Shown here piece by piece: positions 11,488 to 24,870 of a stretch of DNA of 64,000 bases (position 1 is its first letter; the number at the start of each line of letters is the position of its first letter). The position numbers and the translations under genes were made by a program. Source of the DNA: Octopus vulgaris (lineage: Eukaryota); assembly GCA_951406725.2 (NCBI GenBank), contig OX597824.1, positions 65,968,001 to 66,032,000 of the forward strand. Reading direction: 5' to 3'. Below the pieces are notes generated by a model, which saw only the letters and a list, made by a program, of their open reading frames with translations, ran no database searches and was not told where the DNA came from.

Positions 11488-12219
11488 TATAGTAGCCCAT
11501 GTAAGAACAGGGTGGAGAAAGTTTAAATATGTATTCTCTCTGTTGGGAACAAAAATTTCTCTCTGAAAGGCAGACTGTATGATGCTTGTGTTTGAACTGT
11601 TTTTACTGGGCTTAAGAAAATTAGTTTTTAAAGAAGTCTTGTTGTGCAGAATTAAATTGAAATTCATCTGTCTTTATGTGTAGTGGTAAACTCATAATTA
11701 TTTACATTTGCCTTGCTTAGATCTTATCTAGTCTTAAAACTAAACTTGATCATCACCACCTATTGATTTATTTCAGCTTTATCTAATGATTAAAAAAAAA
11801 AGGACTTTTCTGGTAATTAGAGTATTTTCACTTAGTTTATGAGATGGTGCTTAACAGTTGACAAAAGCCTATAGGCTGGACGTTTGTGCATTCAATATTG
11901 GTAGAAGTACCTCAGTTGTTTTATGTTTTAATAATTTAGCAATATGTTAGTCAATTCTATACTTTTTTTTAAACAAGTAGCTCATTTTCTGATCTCCATT
12001 TAAGTTACAATTCCTTATTTTGGCTGAGAGGTTGATTAGAAGGTTTAAAATTCAAATTCTACTTTGCCCATTATTTAGCTTTACATTTGAATGGTTGATA
12101 TTATGAAAGTGCCTGGCAAGATGTATTATGATGACAACAATGATGATGATGATGATGATGATGATGACAACGACGACCACGACGGCGACTATTATTATTA
12201 TTATTATTATTATTATTTC

Positions 12220-12630
12220 AAAATTACATTGATCCCAGTACTTGATTAAGCACTTATTTTATTGACACTGCAAAAATGAAAGGTGACCTCAGTGGAATTT
12301 GAACTCAAAATGTAAAGATGGATGAAATGTCACTAAATAGTTTGCATGGCATGCTACTAGTTCTGTTAGCTCATTGCCTTAATAATAATAATAATAATCC
12401 TTTCTAGTAAAGACACAAGTCCTGAAATTTTGGAAGGAGACTAGTTGATTACATCAACCCCAGGGCTTGACTGGTACTTATTTTATTGACCCTGAAAAGA
12501 TGAAAGGCAAAGTCAACCATGGCGGCGGAATTTGTACTCAGAACGTAAAGATGGATGAAATACTGCTAAGAATTTTGTCCGGCGTGCTGAGAATTCTACC
12601 AGCTTGCCACCTTAATAATAATAATAATAG
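12220..12630 (+). mobile_element. Tandem MetaSINE-like copies in antisense orientation with (ATT)/(TAA)n
   Basis: Reverse-complement match to the GACTTTGCCTTTCATCCTTTCGGGGTCGAT core of 20402-20632. Confidence 0.7.
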
Positions 12631-13331
12631 TGCTCAGGTATACTATAACTTGTTGGAAAAGGGTAAAAACAAGAGGATAAAAAGCAGCCATACAAGTCAA
12701 ATAAAGGAAAACAGCAAAGATTACCAAAAATACATGCACTCTACACAAAATAAATGCAAAAAGACAGATAAGTGAAGAGTTAAAGCGGAAAGGTTGTATA
12801 AGTATGTCAGGGTAAATTTCAGGAAGCATGGAATTTTTGTAAGATACCCTGTCCTGGTAGTCAACAACCAATCTGATCGTTAATACTTACAAAAGTTAAA
12901 GCATGTTCATGGGTGGTAGAGCTACTGAATTCAAAAGATGTCGCCAAAGTTTTGGAAAGGTGGTAGATAATCTTGTTGGTTTCTACAAAGTCAGCTGCTA
13001 AATGTCAAAGCTTTAGTTACAGCTCTTTATGTTATGAGTTCAAATCATACTGAGGTTAACTTTGCCTTTCATTCATCCAAGGTACTGATTAACTTCTGAG
13101 GTCATCAATTGTACCTTCCCAAAATGCATGTGACACTGTACCTTTGTTAGGAAACAGTAAGCACCAGTGAGTTGGTCCAGAGTAAAACAAATTTCAAGTT
13201 GGAGAATATGAGTTTCTACATCAGGGAAAGTATAATAAATACATTGTTCTTAGCCTTACATAGCACAGTGTTTGGCTCATGGCTGTGGTTAATGTCTCTT
13301 TAAAATCCTTCTAGGAAATAAAATATATATA

Positions 13332-13493
13332 GACGCAGGAGTGGCTGTGTGGTAAGTAGCTTGCTTACCAACCGCATGACTCCGGGTTCAGTCCCACTGC
13401 GTGGCACCTTGGGTAAGTGTCTTTTACTATAGCCTTGGGTCGACCAAAGCCTTGTGAGTGGATTTGGTAGACAGAAACTGAAAGAAGCCTGTC

Positions 13494-13544
<51 letters not shown>

Positions 13545-13763
13545 CGTGTATGTTTGTGTGTCTGTGTTTGTCCCCCTAGCATTGCTTGACAACCGATGCT
13601 GGTGTGTTTATGTCCCCGTCACTTAGTGGTTCGGCAAAAAGAGACCGCTAGAATAAGTACTGGGCCTACAAAGAATAAGTCCAGGGGTCGAGTTGCTCGA
13701 TTAAAGGCGGTGCTCCAGCATGGCCGCAGTCAAATGACTGAAACAAGTAAAAGAGTAAAGAGA
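13332..13763 (+). mobile_element. tRNA-derived SINE (octopus OR-like)
   Basis: Same head, core and tail as 11093-11487, with internal (TA)n(TG)n. Confidence 0.9.
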
Positions 13764-14359
13764 TATAACCAACCTGTACAATGCATGACAAACTGAATAA
13801 TGATAGTAGCGGTGGAGAAGACAACCACAATAAAAACAAGTTATGAAACTGGTGATGATGATGATTACAGTGACAGTGCACCTCTATAAAATCTTTTTTC
13901 ATCCAGCAGTTGATACACAAATCCACAACCATACAAATGCACGACAGCCTTGTGACTATCAAAAACAAAAATGTAAAAGCATAAAAGCAATACCAACAGT
14001 AATTGTTGTTTAGCCCCAGCTCTATAATCTATTTCTTTTATTTCAGACACAGTGTATATGGAGCTACACACTTATCCAATGTATCTCTCCTCTTTTTCAT
14101 ATGATAGGAATGATTTTGAAGGTGATTTGGCTGCTATGTCTAGTATATCACGCAAACACTTATAGGTTTCCTTTCGGTGCCGAATGTCAGTTGTAAAATA
14201 TAAGTGTGATTGCATGTATGAATATCTGAGATTAGTTAGTGCAAGAATAATTTCAATTTTAATTCTACATTACTAATAGTATTCTGTTGTGCTTGTATCT
14301 TACACTATAGTTTGAGTTGTCTTGTCTCTAGTCTGATTGTTTTTATATATATATATATT

Positions 14360-14393
<34 letters not shown>

Positions 14394-14410
14394 TACATAC
14401 ATACATACAC

Positions 14411-14560
14411 CAAGCATTGGCAACCTCTTTTTGAGAAGCAGGCTGCTTGAGACATGAAACATAGCTCATTATCAGGATGGTTGCACTACTAAAAAGATTC
14501 AAGGTAATTTTTTGTTAGTGTGTCATTCGGGAAGTTCTGTAGGCTTCAGTTTGCTCATGG

Positions 14561-14564
<4 letters not shown>
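14411..14564. mobile_element. hAT-type MITE
   Basis: Ends CAAGCATTGGCAAC / GTTTGCTCATGGCTG. A second copy lies at ~58466-58615. Confidence 0.65.
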
Positions 14565-14617
<53 letters not shown>

Positions 14618-16474
14618 CTCTCTAGGCTGGTTTTGTATTTGAACCTTTGTTTCATATGCAGGTTTTGCTAAGTTGTTAAGAATGTTAAAATTTTGCTTTA
14701 GAAATAAATTTTCAGACTTCAAATTCAATGAGGAATATGTAAATAGTAAGAATAGTAAGAGATTAAGCCTATTGAAATTTCAACACTTTTGAAACCAAAC
14801 TGTCTGTGTGTGACTGCCTTTGATTTTACGGTATAGCCTTTCCATTCTGAAGTGACATAAATTAAAACTTCCTATTGAAATTTCATGTTAGTTATATTCC
14901 ATCAGCTTAATAATGACAAAGTTATTTTACTATATTTTTCATTATTTTTGAAGTTATTATTTTTTAAATCAGTGTCGTTTTACCTCAGTTATAAGACTAG
15001 TACATGTTATTAATTTATATATCATAAATGAAGCTCCAAAATGCTTTAGATATTGCGTGATAATTTGAGAATCATTTCTACTTTTTGTTCTGTATTATTT
15101 CAGTATGAGGAGTGTGTGTGTGCGTACTGTATTGTATGTGTGTGTTTGCTTCAGGTAATTACCCTTTTTAGGGATATTTTTGTTTTGTGTGATTTTATTA
15201 TGTAGTAATTAAATGAGAATACGTATGTATGCATACATGTATATATGTTACTAGTGCAAAAATGTTATCTTAAATTTAGTGTATTTAGCAGTCACATTAG
15301 ATTTGTATATTGTGATAATTTAATGTATATCACAGTGGACTACATTGTTTAATTTGTCTTTTATTTTTATAAGACATTAGGGTGTGTATCCCTGTGGAGA
15401 TTTGGCTGTATTTGTAGCTTTTCAAGTGACTGCACATAGTCACTTGTGTGTGTGTCTGTGTGTGACCTAATTCATGGTCAAAGGACAATAGCTCTAACAT
15501 TCTTGCCTTAAAGCTTTGCTTGTACCCATTAGAAATAGCTGTAAAATTTTCACCAAATTATAATCTACTGTATTAAAAAAAAATGAAGACCACATTACAT
15601 AATGCACATGATATCTTCAACAAAAAAAATTGATTATCATGATCTTTTTTAGAACAACAAATGCTATCATAATGATTTGTTTGATTGAAATGTGAGATCA
15701 ACTTCTCTGAGGAGAGGAATTGACTTCATTGAGTGGATCTTTGTATATTACTCCATTCACATCTAGAATGCATTATAGGAATATACATTGGTCCTGGTAC
15801 TTGTCTGGGACTTTATTTAACTCTTTTGAAACCAACCCACTTGAGACCACTCCTGGTCATCATTAGTTTCATAATTAATTGCAACAAAGGCAATGCATTT
15901 CAACTGAAATATTACACAAAAGTTCATCAACAATGGAAGGATGAAAGATAAAGTTCACCAAAGCGAGATTTGAACTAAGTACAAAGCAGAGATGAATGGC
16001 AACATAACATGAGCCACATTTGAACTCAGAATGTGTGACTTAATACTAATTCTGTAAGGAATATAATCTTGTCTCCCTACTAAATATTTCATTTTATTGT
16101 CCACCCTGTATAACAATAATGTTTAGTTTGCTTAATGGTAATAGTTTCTCATTTTGACAAAAAGCCAGACATTTTAGGGAAGAATATAATCATTTAGATC
16201 ATGTGTATACATACCATACATATTTCTCTCTCTTTCTCTCTATATGTATATATATGTGTGTGTGTATGCAGATAGTGATGTCTTTATAAACCATACTTTT
16301 GAAAGGATACGTGTCAGTTTTAACTAATTTTTAAAGTTAATTGATAGTGCCGTTTGATGTTGTGTATGTATATGATATTAGCAATATATGCTGATCATAA
16401 ACAGTAACCAAATAATAAAAATACTGTAAATATCATATAACTAAAAAATGAACGTATACTTTTCTACAGAATTA

Positions 16475-17741
16475 TAGGGGTTAGACAAAATAATGGAAAC
16501 ACCTTAAAATTTCAAACAAATTTATTTTAATAGTGAGTAGGACTGCTTTTGACAGTAATTACAGCTTGAATTCTATGAGGTATGGACTTGTACAAAGTTT
16601 GAATTGTTTCCAAACGAATTTTTGTCCATTCTTCAGCTAAAACAGTCTTCAGTTCTTTTAGTGATGATGGTGGAGGATATCGACTCCTTACTTGTTTTTC
16701 TAAAATGCACCATAAATGTTCAATAATATTGAGATCAGGGGACTGTGGTGGCCAGATAAGATGTTCAACTTCACCAGAATGTTCTTCATGCCATTCAGTA
16801 ACAAATTTAGCTGTATGAATTGGTGCATTATCATCCTGAAAGATTGCGTTTCCCTTCAGAAACAGTTCCACAACCATAGGATGAATTTGATCAGATAAAA
16901 TGCTTAAATACTCTTGACTATTAATTCTGCCATGAAGTGAAACCATTGGGCCAGCACATTTCCAAGATATAGTCCCCCAGATCATCACAGATCCTCCTCC
17001 ATGTTTAACAGCTGGAAGAAGGCAGTCTGGGTCAAGTGCTTCTTTTGGCAGTCTCCACATGTATACTCAACCGGTGGTTGGAAATTAAAATTTATTAAAA
17101 TAAGGTAAAGGATGACTTGTCCAGGAAAATAACATTCGTCCACTACTCTAGGGAACGATTCTGTAGGTTTTTACTCAACTCTAAATGCTTTGCAACATTT
17201 GTTTTTGAAAGTAGTGGTTTTCTGATTGCAGTCCTCTCGTGAAATCTGGCTTTGTGCTGTGCCCAGCAAACGGTTTTTGTAGAAACTAGGTTCTCGAGGT
17301 GGTCATTAAGGTCTGCAGTAAGTTTGGGAGCTGTACTTTTGTGATCCTTTCTAACAATTCGCGTAAGAGTCAGACGGTCCTGATCTGAATGATTTGCTTT
17401 TCTTCCAGACTTTTGTTTTGACAAGGAGGTTTTTCCCTCTTTCTCAAAGGCTGTCATTACTTTTGTGACAGTACTTCTTGATACACCAAACATTTCAGCT
17501 GTTTTCATGACGCTGGTGCCTGCTATACAAACATCAACAATTTGACCTCTTTGAAAGTCCGATATATTTGTCATTTTAATGATTTTTCTGATGATATCTG
17601 AAAAGAAACAGCAATTTTAGCAAAACATTAAGCAACACTAATAATAAATCAAAATACATAAAAATAAACAAGCTTTTGACAATTTTATAGATATTTAAAA
17701 ATTATGATGCTAGGTGTTTCCATTATTTTGTCCAATCCTTG
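16475..17741 (-). mobile_element. Tc1-family transposon, DD36E type, full length with disrupted transposase
   Basis: ~29-bp TIRs (consensus CAGGGGTTGGACAAAATAATGGAAACACC) with TA on both sides. HTH ORF 17143-17574 and DDE ORF 16527-17060 (FQDDNAPIH...WPPQSPDLNIIE). Confidence 0.92.
16527..17574 (-). pseudogene. Tc1-like transposase pseudogene
   Basis: Two ORFs separated by a stop/frameshift around the first catalytic D region. Confidence 0.9.
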
Positions 17742-18109
17742 TATTTAACATTACAGTTTGTGGAAAATGAAGAAACTGATACCATAAATTGTTAAAATCA
17801 TTTACCTTTGGCAGTTAACTGTAGAATTTTATGTGGTGGAAATGTGGGTAATGGCTGTGGTGATAATTTGTCATTATGCATTAATAGTGCTTTGATGCTC
17901 CACTCTACTGTCATAAAAAAAGGACACATTGAATAATGTGATCCTCAGTCGCATTGCCTGAGAAAAAAGGAGAGACTGTCATGGTTGGGATTCTTTTGCT
18001 CATAGATCTGCTTGATTAGAGCTGACCTTGAGCTGAACAACAGTATCAATAACCTGAGTTAAATGCTTCTAAATTTGCAAATGTATGGGTGTGAAAGTGT
18101 AAAAGAGCT

Positions 18110-18672
18110 TTATATATATCAGTCTGTTGCATAGATTTAACCGCACTGCATGTCTCAGTCTATTGTACATGCACAACTCCACTTCACATATCAGATTTTG
18201 TTGAAAACATTTACTTGCACCTTACATGTTAGTTTGCTGTGCATGCTTAACTCTAGTGCATGCATCAGTCTGTTGCACATATTTAACTCTATTGCACACA
18301 TTTGTTGCACTTGCTTAACTATGCTGTACACATCAGTGTGTTGGACAGTTTTGGTTCAGTTGCACATATCACTTTATTGCACATGCTCTGCTCTACTGCT
18401 CATATGAGTTTGTTGCACATACCATTTAAGTTCACTGCACACACTCAAGTTTGCTTTATCTATCCATCTCTACTGCACATTCCTGTGTTTACTGCTTACA
18501 AGTATAAGTATACTGGACTAACCAGAATTTACTGCACTTACTTGGGAATGTTGCACATGCTTACCAATTATTATTTAATTATGTACAGCATCATCTGTTC
18601 TACATAATTAAATCTGCTGTAAATGCCTGCTTGAGACTGTTCATGGTGCATGATGCAATTTGCTGCACATAG
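18110..18672. repeat. Degenerate tandem array rich in TTGCACAT / CTGCACAT
   Basis: Repeated ~20-bp units such as TCTGTTGCACATATTTAAC and ATGTTGCACATGCTTAC. Confidence 0.7.
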
Positions 18673-20401
18673 GTTGAGTGTTTAAATCAATAATGGTACA
18701 AGAGTATGTATGTATGTATGTGTGGATGTATGTATGTATGTATTTGTGGATGTAAGGCTGAGTGTGTTGGAAAGTTTATTGTGTATTGACTCAGCATTGA
18801 TATCATAGCTGACTACCATGATGTTGCTGTTTAGCTCAAATTTTTGCCCTAATTCATCAGACCTATTATCAAAGACATTCAGGCCATGACCATCCCAACT
18901 TCTTTTCAGGCGTAATGTACCATGGACTACATTATCCAATATGTCCTTTTAAAAAAAGATTTTAGGGTGTGGTTTGAAGGAAATTTGGGTACTATCCCTA
19001 AAAGCTGTCTGCAAATAGACTCCTTCATTAGTCTGAGGAATACCATGTATTTGTGTGCAATAACTGCATAGAGGTAAAGGCCTGCGTAGTATCAGTGAAC
19101 ATAAGAATGGTTGTTGCACTCCGGCTATTACAATAATAAATCGTGTAAGCCAGATTGAGAGCCTGGATTCATTCAATGCTAAGGCTAACTCAAGCAACTG
19201 GAGGATTCTTAAATGTGAGGCTCAATACTAGATTAACTTCCTGTTGCTTTTATTGAGCACTGAAGTCTGGTAAAACATTAATTGTACAATATTCTCAATG
19301 CTTACAGTGTGGAGCTGTACCTATCGTGATTCTGTGCCAAGTTTTCTCTCTCTTGGTCATAGACTGCATAGCTAAACAGTAAAATATAATTCTTTTGTCA
19401 TAGTCTGACAAAATTTGTTTAGCTGATATGCCGCAACATTACACTGGGTCATATTATGTGATAATGTGCTATTATGTAATTTTGATCACAATATCTCTGA
19501 TTATATTGCACTGATATGCATGTGTAAAGCTATCACATCATTATATATTTATATACCACACTTTATATCATGTCTAACATGTATGCAGTGGTGTTTCCTG
19601 CATTAATGCAAAGCATGCTTAACATATATAGATGAATACAAATAAAACACAGATTTTATTATAAATCTTTAATTTTTATGAGACAGGTGAAAGGGGTTAC
19701 ATACATACTTTGTGCATCTTCTTTTATATGGCTTTAATTTTTAAATCTAAATGCTCTGGATTAAACAGTAGGAGCTGTCCTTGTTAGTGTAGCATATTTC
19801 ATTTTCTGACACAAGTTTGTGCAAAACTGCATTACATTACCATTGCTACAATGCCATATTACATGCATGCACACGCACACACACACATACACACACACAC
19901 ACACCTATATCATCCAACCCATGTGGAATGGTATAACATTCTACATCACAACAAAATATATCAACATCACCATATGACATGACTATATGCATGTGCATGT
20001 GAATATATATGTACATAAATAAATGACAAAAGAATAGGAGTTATGTAATCTTATGAGTGCAATGCTTCTAATGACAGAAACAGCTGTAAGCTAATCAAAG
20101 GGATTACATAACTAATGTTCTTATGTCATTCATTAATTGATATTTTGTGTTCTCACTTGAAGCCTTATTCTAAAGCATTACTACATTGAGTTCTAACAAC
20201 TGGTTTAATATTGCTATGTCTAAGCAAAATCATAATATGTGTGTGTGTTTGTAATACTTTTTGTAATTTCAATATTTTCTCTCATCAGCAACCTTATTTT
20301 AACAGGTGAATATCTCAATAATGTTATATCAACTGGCAGAGATTACTAGATAGGTAGATAGATAAGTAGGTAAATAGTTTGGTAGGTAGGTTGGGAGATT
20401 G

Positions 20402-20632
20402 AAGGTGGCGAGCTGGCAGAAACGTTAGCACACCAGGTGAAATGCTTAACGGTATTTCGCCTGCCGCTACGTTCTGAGTTCAAATTCCACCAAGGTCGAC
20501 TTTGCCTTTCATCCTTTCGGGGTCGATTAAATAAGTGCCAGTTATGCACTGGGGTCAATATAATTGACTTAATCCATTTGTCTGTCCTTGTTTGTCCTCT
20601 CTGTGTTTAGCCCCTTGTGGCTAGTAAAGAAT
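20402..20632 (+). mobile_element. MetaSINE-like tRNA-derived SINE (octopus OK-like), well preserved
   Basis: AAGGTGGCGAGCTGGCAGAA head, B-box GAGTTCAAATTCC, core GGTCGACTTTGCCTTTCATCCTTTCGGGGTCGAT. Confidence 0.85.
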
Positions 20633-22955
20633 TAGGTAGATTGGGAGATAGATAGATACTGTGGTTATACCTAGGCCCTTTTAGTCATATACAAGCTGGA
20701 TTGCAAGATGACTGCAACCATCTGTTATTCTGCATCTTGTGCAGTCAACCATTGAATGGTGGAGTGTGTCTCAGAGTGTTCTAGAAAATGTCTAAAGCCT
20801 GTTGCTTAGTCACACTGTATGTAATCTCTAAGCATTTGCTAAGCTACTAAAGTGTGATGGATCTTATTTATTTCAGAGGTAACCAGAAATATTTAATTTC
20901 AGCAAAATTAATTGCAAGTCTTCAACATCACTATATATTTTATATCATGTATACAAGCCAACATAGGGGAGGTGCTGTCTGGTCACTCAACCTGCTAGAA
21001 ATAGCAGTCAAGTCTCTCTTAAGTCACTCCCTAACATCTTAAAAAGAAAACGGAAGGATATATTTCATAATATAGCTATGCCTGATTCAAAGATGAGATG
21101 GTCATGTTTGCAACAGCTTTGATCATAGAGCTGAGTTAGGGCTAAAAAAAATGTTGAATATTCTTGTTTGGGCACAGGATTTCAGATGGTATGGCCATGG
21201 CTGGAATGCCCTTTAATGTCTGCCTGCTCTAATAAAAGTAACCTAAGGCTAAACAACATTTGCATTTGGTGACACTGGGCCCAGAGCCTTTCATACAAGT
21301 TTTTGTCTGCTTCTTAGGACCACCTTTCTTGTGTTTGGCCCCTGTTGGCATGGAACCCTTCTTTGCCTTCGTCTTTAAAGGTCTTGTTCAAAAATTTACT
21401 TCTGAAATTTTAAGGGAATCTCTATGTAATTGCCTGGGAACATCAGCTAAAATTCTCTCAGATCACATCGTACCATCTTAAAGGATTCCATTGGACAATG
21501 CAGTCCTTAGTATACAAAGCAACTGGATTGTTATAGTTGGAGTGTCTTTCATCATTGGGCTGCTCAGTCAAACTGACCTTGGGTTAAACAACAGCAAAAT
21601 TGTGTCTGTATACACACACACACACACACACACACATACACAAGTCAAAAGCTGTGTTATAGTTGTAAACTCCTCACAGACTAAATCTGCAAATCCTGTT
21701 CAATTCAAAGCGGTGACCTTTTCATTTGGCTTACTATTTTTACTTGTGATTCCCAACGGTCTCCATCAAGTTGATTTGCTCCTCAACACACTAAATGAAA
21801 ACTAAAGTCTTCTGCTAAGACCCAACAACCCATTGAGGAATATGGCAATGTTATCATTTTTCACACTCAGATATCTCAGTCACTTTCACCTCTGACATCT
21901 CACTCTCCAGAATATAGCAACACCAGTTTATTGCAGTTTCTCTCATATGATACTGAATTCTAAAGCCATCCAATTTCTGTAATGAAAAAAATTCATACAG
22001 TAATTTCTGAATTCTAATCCTTTAATTTATTTTTATTATATATGAATTTTTCATTTCATTTCTGTATTTTCCCTTGTAAAGAAGGCTCTACAGATATTCT
22101 TCCATTTTGGTTTTCTTTCATTCTAAATATTTTATATGACTTTATATCTATACAGGATTCAATCTCTAGTTACAGGTGTAGCTGGTGTTGTGTTTATTGT
22201 CTTGCTATAAGTACATTGTTTCCATGTACACTTCCTATAAAACAGATGTCCTCATTTTACCAACCTTAACATTCAGATATGTTAATGTGCCACTATGTAT
22301 CGTGTTTGTGTATGTGTGTATCTAGTTGTGATTCTACAATAATCTTTTTCATCTGTATGAGTTTATTAGTATATTTGAATGTTTTATATTTGGAGGTCTG
22401 TGTTTTGGTTTTGTATATATTTTTGTGAATAGTTTTCTATTTTAGGCTACACTTGTAAAGTCTTTTGTGTGTGTGTGTGTGTACATGTATATGAGGGTGT
22501 GTGTGTGTATATATGTGTATGTGTGTGTGTACATATATGTACACACACATGCACATAATTATGTTTTTCTATGTAAACCCACTTATTTATTTGTGATAGT
22601 GTGTTTTGTATGTGTGCATGTGTGCGTATATGTGTGTAATACATTTATGTGCATGAATCAATTTACATCTTTCAAGTTATTTCTTTGATTACTTTCAGGC
22701 TTTTTTCCTTTTTTTTCCTTCCTATAATCTTTCCTAATTTGATCTTTCTTCATTTCTGTGCACACAGTGGTCCACTCCCTCATAGGACCTGATCCCTTAC
22801 TAATCATTCAGCTGCATATCCCACCGAACATCACAGAGGCACACTGGGCACAACTTGCCATATCTTTGCAGACCTCCCTCAGACCTGTCCCATGTGAATT
22901 CCTCCTTTTGCTTAATGATCTGTCAGCTATTGCTGTTTCTCTTTACTGATTTCAG

Positions 22956-23019
22956 GTTGATATTCCACCTGTGCAGTTTGACTGGACTGGTAGTGGTCTT
23001 ACTAACCCATTAGAGCAAT
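22956..23019 (+). CDS. AFTPH: Aftiphilin coding exon (VDIPPVQFDWTGSGLTNPLEQ), phase 0 to 1
   Basis: Acceptor ttcAG and donor T|GTGAGC. Peptide matches the conserved aftiphilin PPVQFDWxxSGLTNPL motif. Confidence 0.92.
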
Positions 23020-23432
23020 GTGAGCACTTCTCTACTCAATATTTTCTCTCTTTCTCTTTGCATTTTTGTTTTATTATTATTATTTTTTCTATTTCTTGAA
23101 TGAATGTCTTAAAATGCAACTAAGGGAATTGGGGAGGTGGCAGTAGTAATTACCAAGCCACTGCATGATCCCTTCATTCCTTGCTGAACAGTGATATAGC
23201 GGTAGCATGGTATGGAGGATATCTTCTCTATTCTGTTTGTTTTAATACCTATCTTCCACCTCCTTCACCTTCACCTTTTGAGTTTGTTTTGTTTTGTTTG
23301 TTTTGTTTTGTAGATTTTTTAATAGTTTGTTGGTTTCTGATGGTGGCTTGCTGGTTTCTTCTTCACTTTGTTTTTTCTTTTTGTCTTTTTTTTTTACTTA
23401 TTATTATTATCATTATTATTATTATTATTATT

Positions 23433-24870
23433 ATGGCAGTGAGCTGGTAAAATTGTTATCATGCCAATCAAAATGATTAGTGGTTTTTCACCCATTGTTA
23501 CATTCTGAGTTCAAATTCTGCTGAGGTTGACTTTGCCTTTCATCCTTTCAGGGTTGATAAATTAAGTACCAGTGAAACACTGGGGTTGATGTAATCGACT
23601 AGTTCCCTCCCCAAAAATTTCAGGCGTTTTGCCTTTAGTAGAATGGATTATTATTAGGGTGGCGAGCTGGAAGAATTGTTATGCCAAGCAAAATGCTTAG
23701 TGGCATTTTCTCGCCTTTTCGTTCTGTATTCAGATTCTACCAAGGTTGACTTTACTTTTCAGCCTTTTGGGGGTTGATAAAATAAGTACCAGTTGATCAC
23801 TGGGGTTGATGTAATCAGTTTACTCCAGCCCCTTGAATTGCTAACCTTGTGCCAAAATTAGAAATTATTATTATTGTTAAGGTGGCAAGCTGGAAGAATC
23901 ATTAGCATGCCATACAAAATGCATTTCATCTGTCTTTATGTTCTGAGTTCAAATTCCATTGAGGCCAACTTTGCCTTCCATCCTTATGGGGTTGATAGAA
24001 TAAGTACCAGTTAAATAATTGACTCATCCCCTTCCCCAAAATTGCAGCCCTTGTGGCAAAATTTGAAACCATCATTATTATTATTATTATTATCGTTGTT
24101 GTTGTTATGGCAGCAAACTAGCAGAATCATTAACACATTGGATAAAATGCTCAGCTGCATTTTTTCCTGCTCTCTACATTTTGAGTTCAAGTTTCACTGA
24201 GGTTGACTTTGCCTTTCATTTTTTCAGAGCCAATGAAATAAGTACCAGTTAAGCACTGGGGTCAGTGTAATTGACCAGTCCCTTCTCCTCATGAAAATTC
24301 CAGTCCTTGTGCCTATAGTAGGATTATTAAGGCAGCGAGTGCACAGAATCATTAGCACACCGAACGAAATGCTTAACAGCCCATCATTATGATCTGAGTT
24401 CAAATTTAGCTGAGGTAGACTTTATGCAATTTGTCTTTATGATTTGAATTCAAATTCCACCAAGGTAGACTTTGCCTTTTATCCCTTTGGAGTCAATAAA
24501 ATAAGTACAAGTTGAACACTGGGATTGATGTTATCAACTTACCCCTCGCCCAAAGTTGTTGGCCTTGTGCCAAAGATTAAAACCAATATTATTAGTAGTA
24601 GTAGTACAATTACTATCACTATTAAGGTAGTGAGCTGGCAGAACCATTACTGCGCCAGACAGAATTCTTAGTGGCATTCCACCTGTCTTTATGTTTTGAA
24701 TTCAAATTCTGCCAAGGTCGACTTTGCCTTTCATCGTTTCAGAGTCAATAAATTAAATACCCGTCAAGTACTGGGGTTGATGTAATTGATCTGTTCCTCC
24801 ACCCCCAAATTTCAGTTCTTGTGCTTTTAGTAGAAAGGAATATTATTATTATTATTATTATTATTATTGT
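23433..24870 (+). mobile_element. Head-to-tail array of about 6-7 MetaSINE-like copies separated by (ATT)n
   Basis: Repeated GAGCTGGCAGAA...TTCTGAGTTCAAATTC...GACTTTGCCTTTCATCC units, each ending in an ATT-rich tail. Confidence 0.9.

Noticed and set aside
15104-15160. Possible 51-nt exon or recursive splice site (CAG|GTAATT)
   Set aside because: The body is TG microsatellite and the pyrimidine tract is weak, so it is expected by chance.
23192-23209. 18-nt segment between AG and GTATGG downstream of the QFDW exon
   Set aside because: It has an in-frame TAG in the required phase and weak support. A poison exon cannot be excluded.
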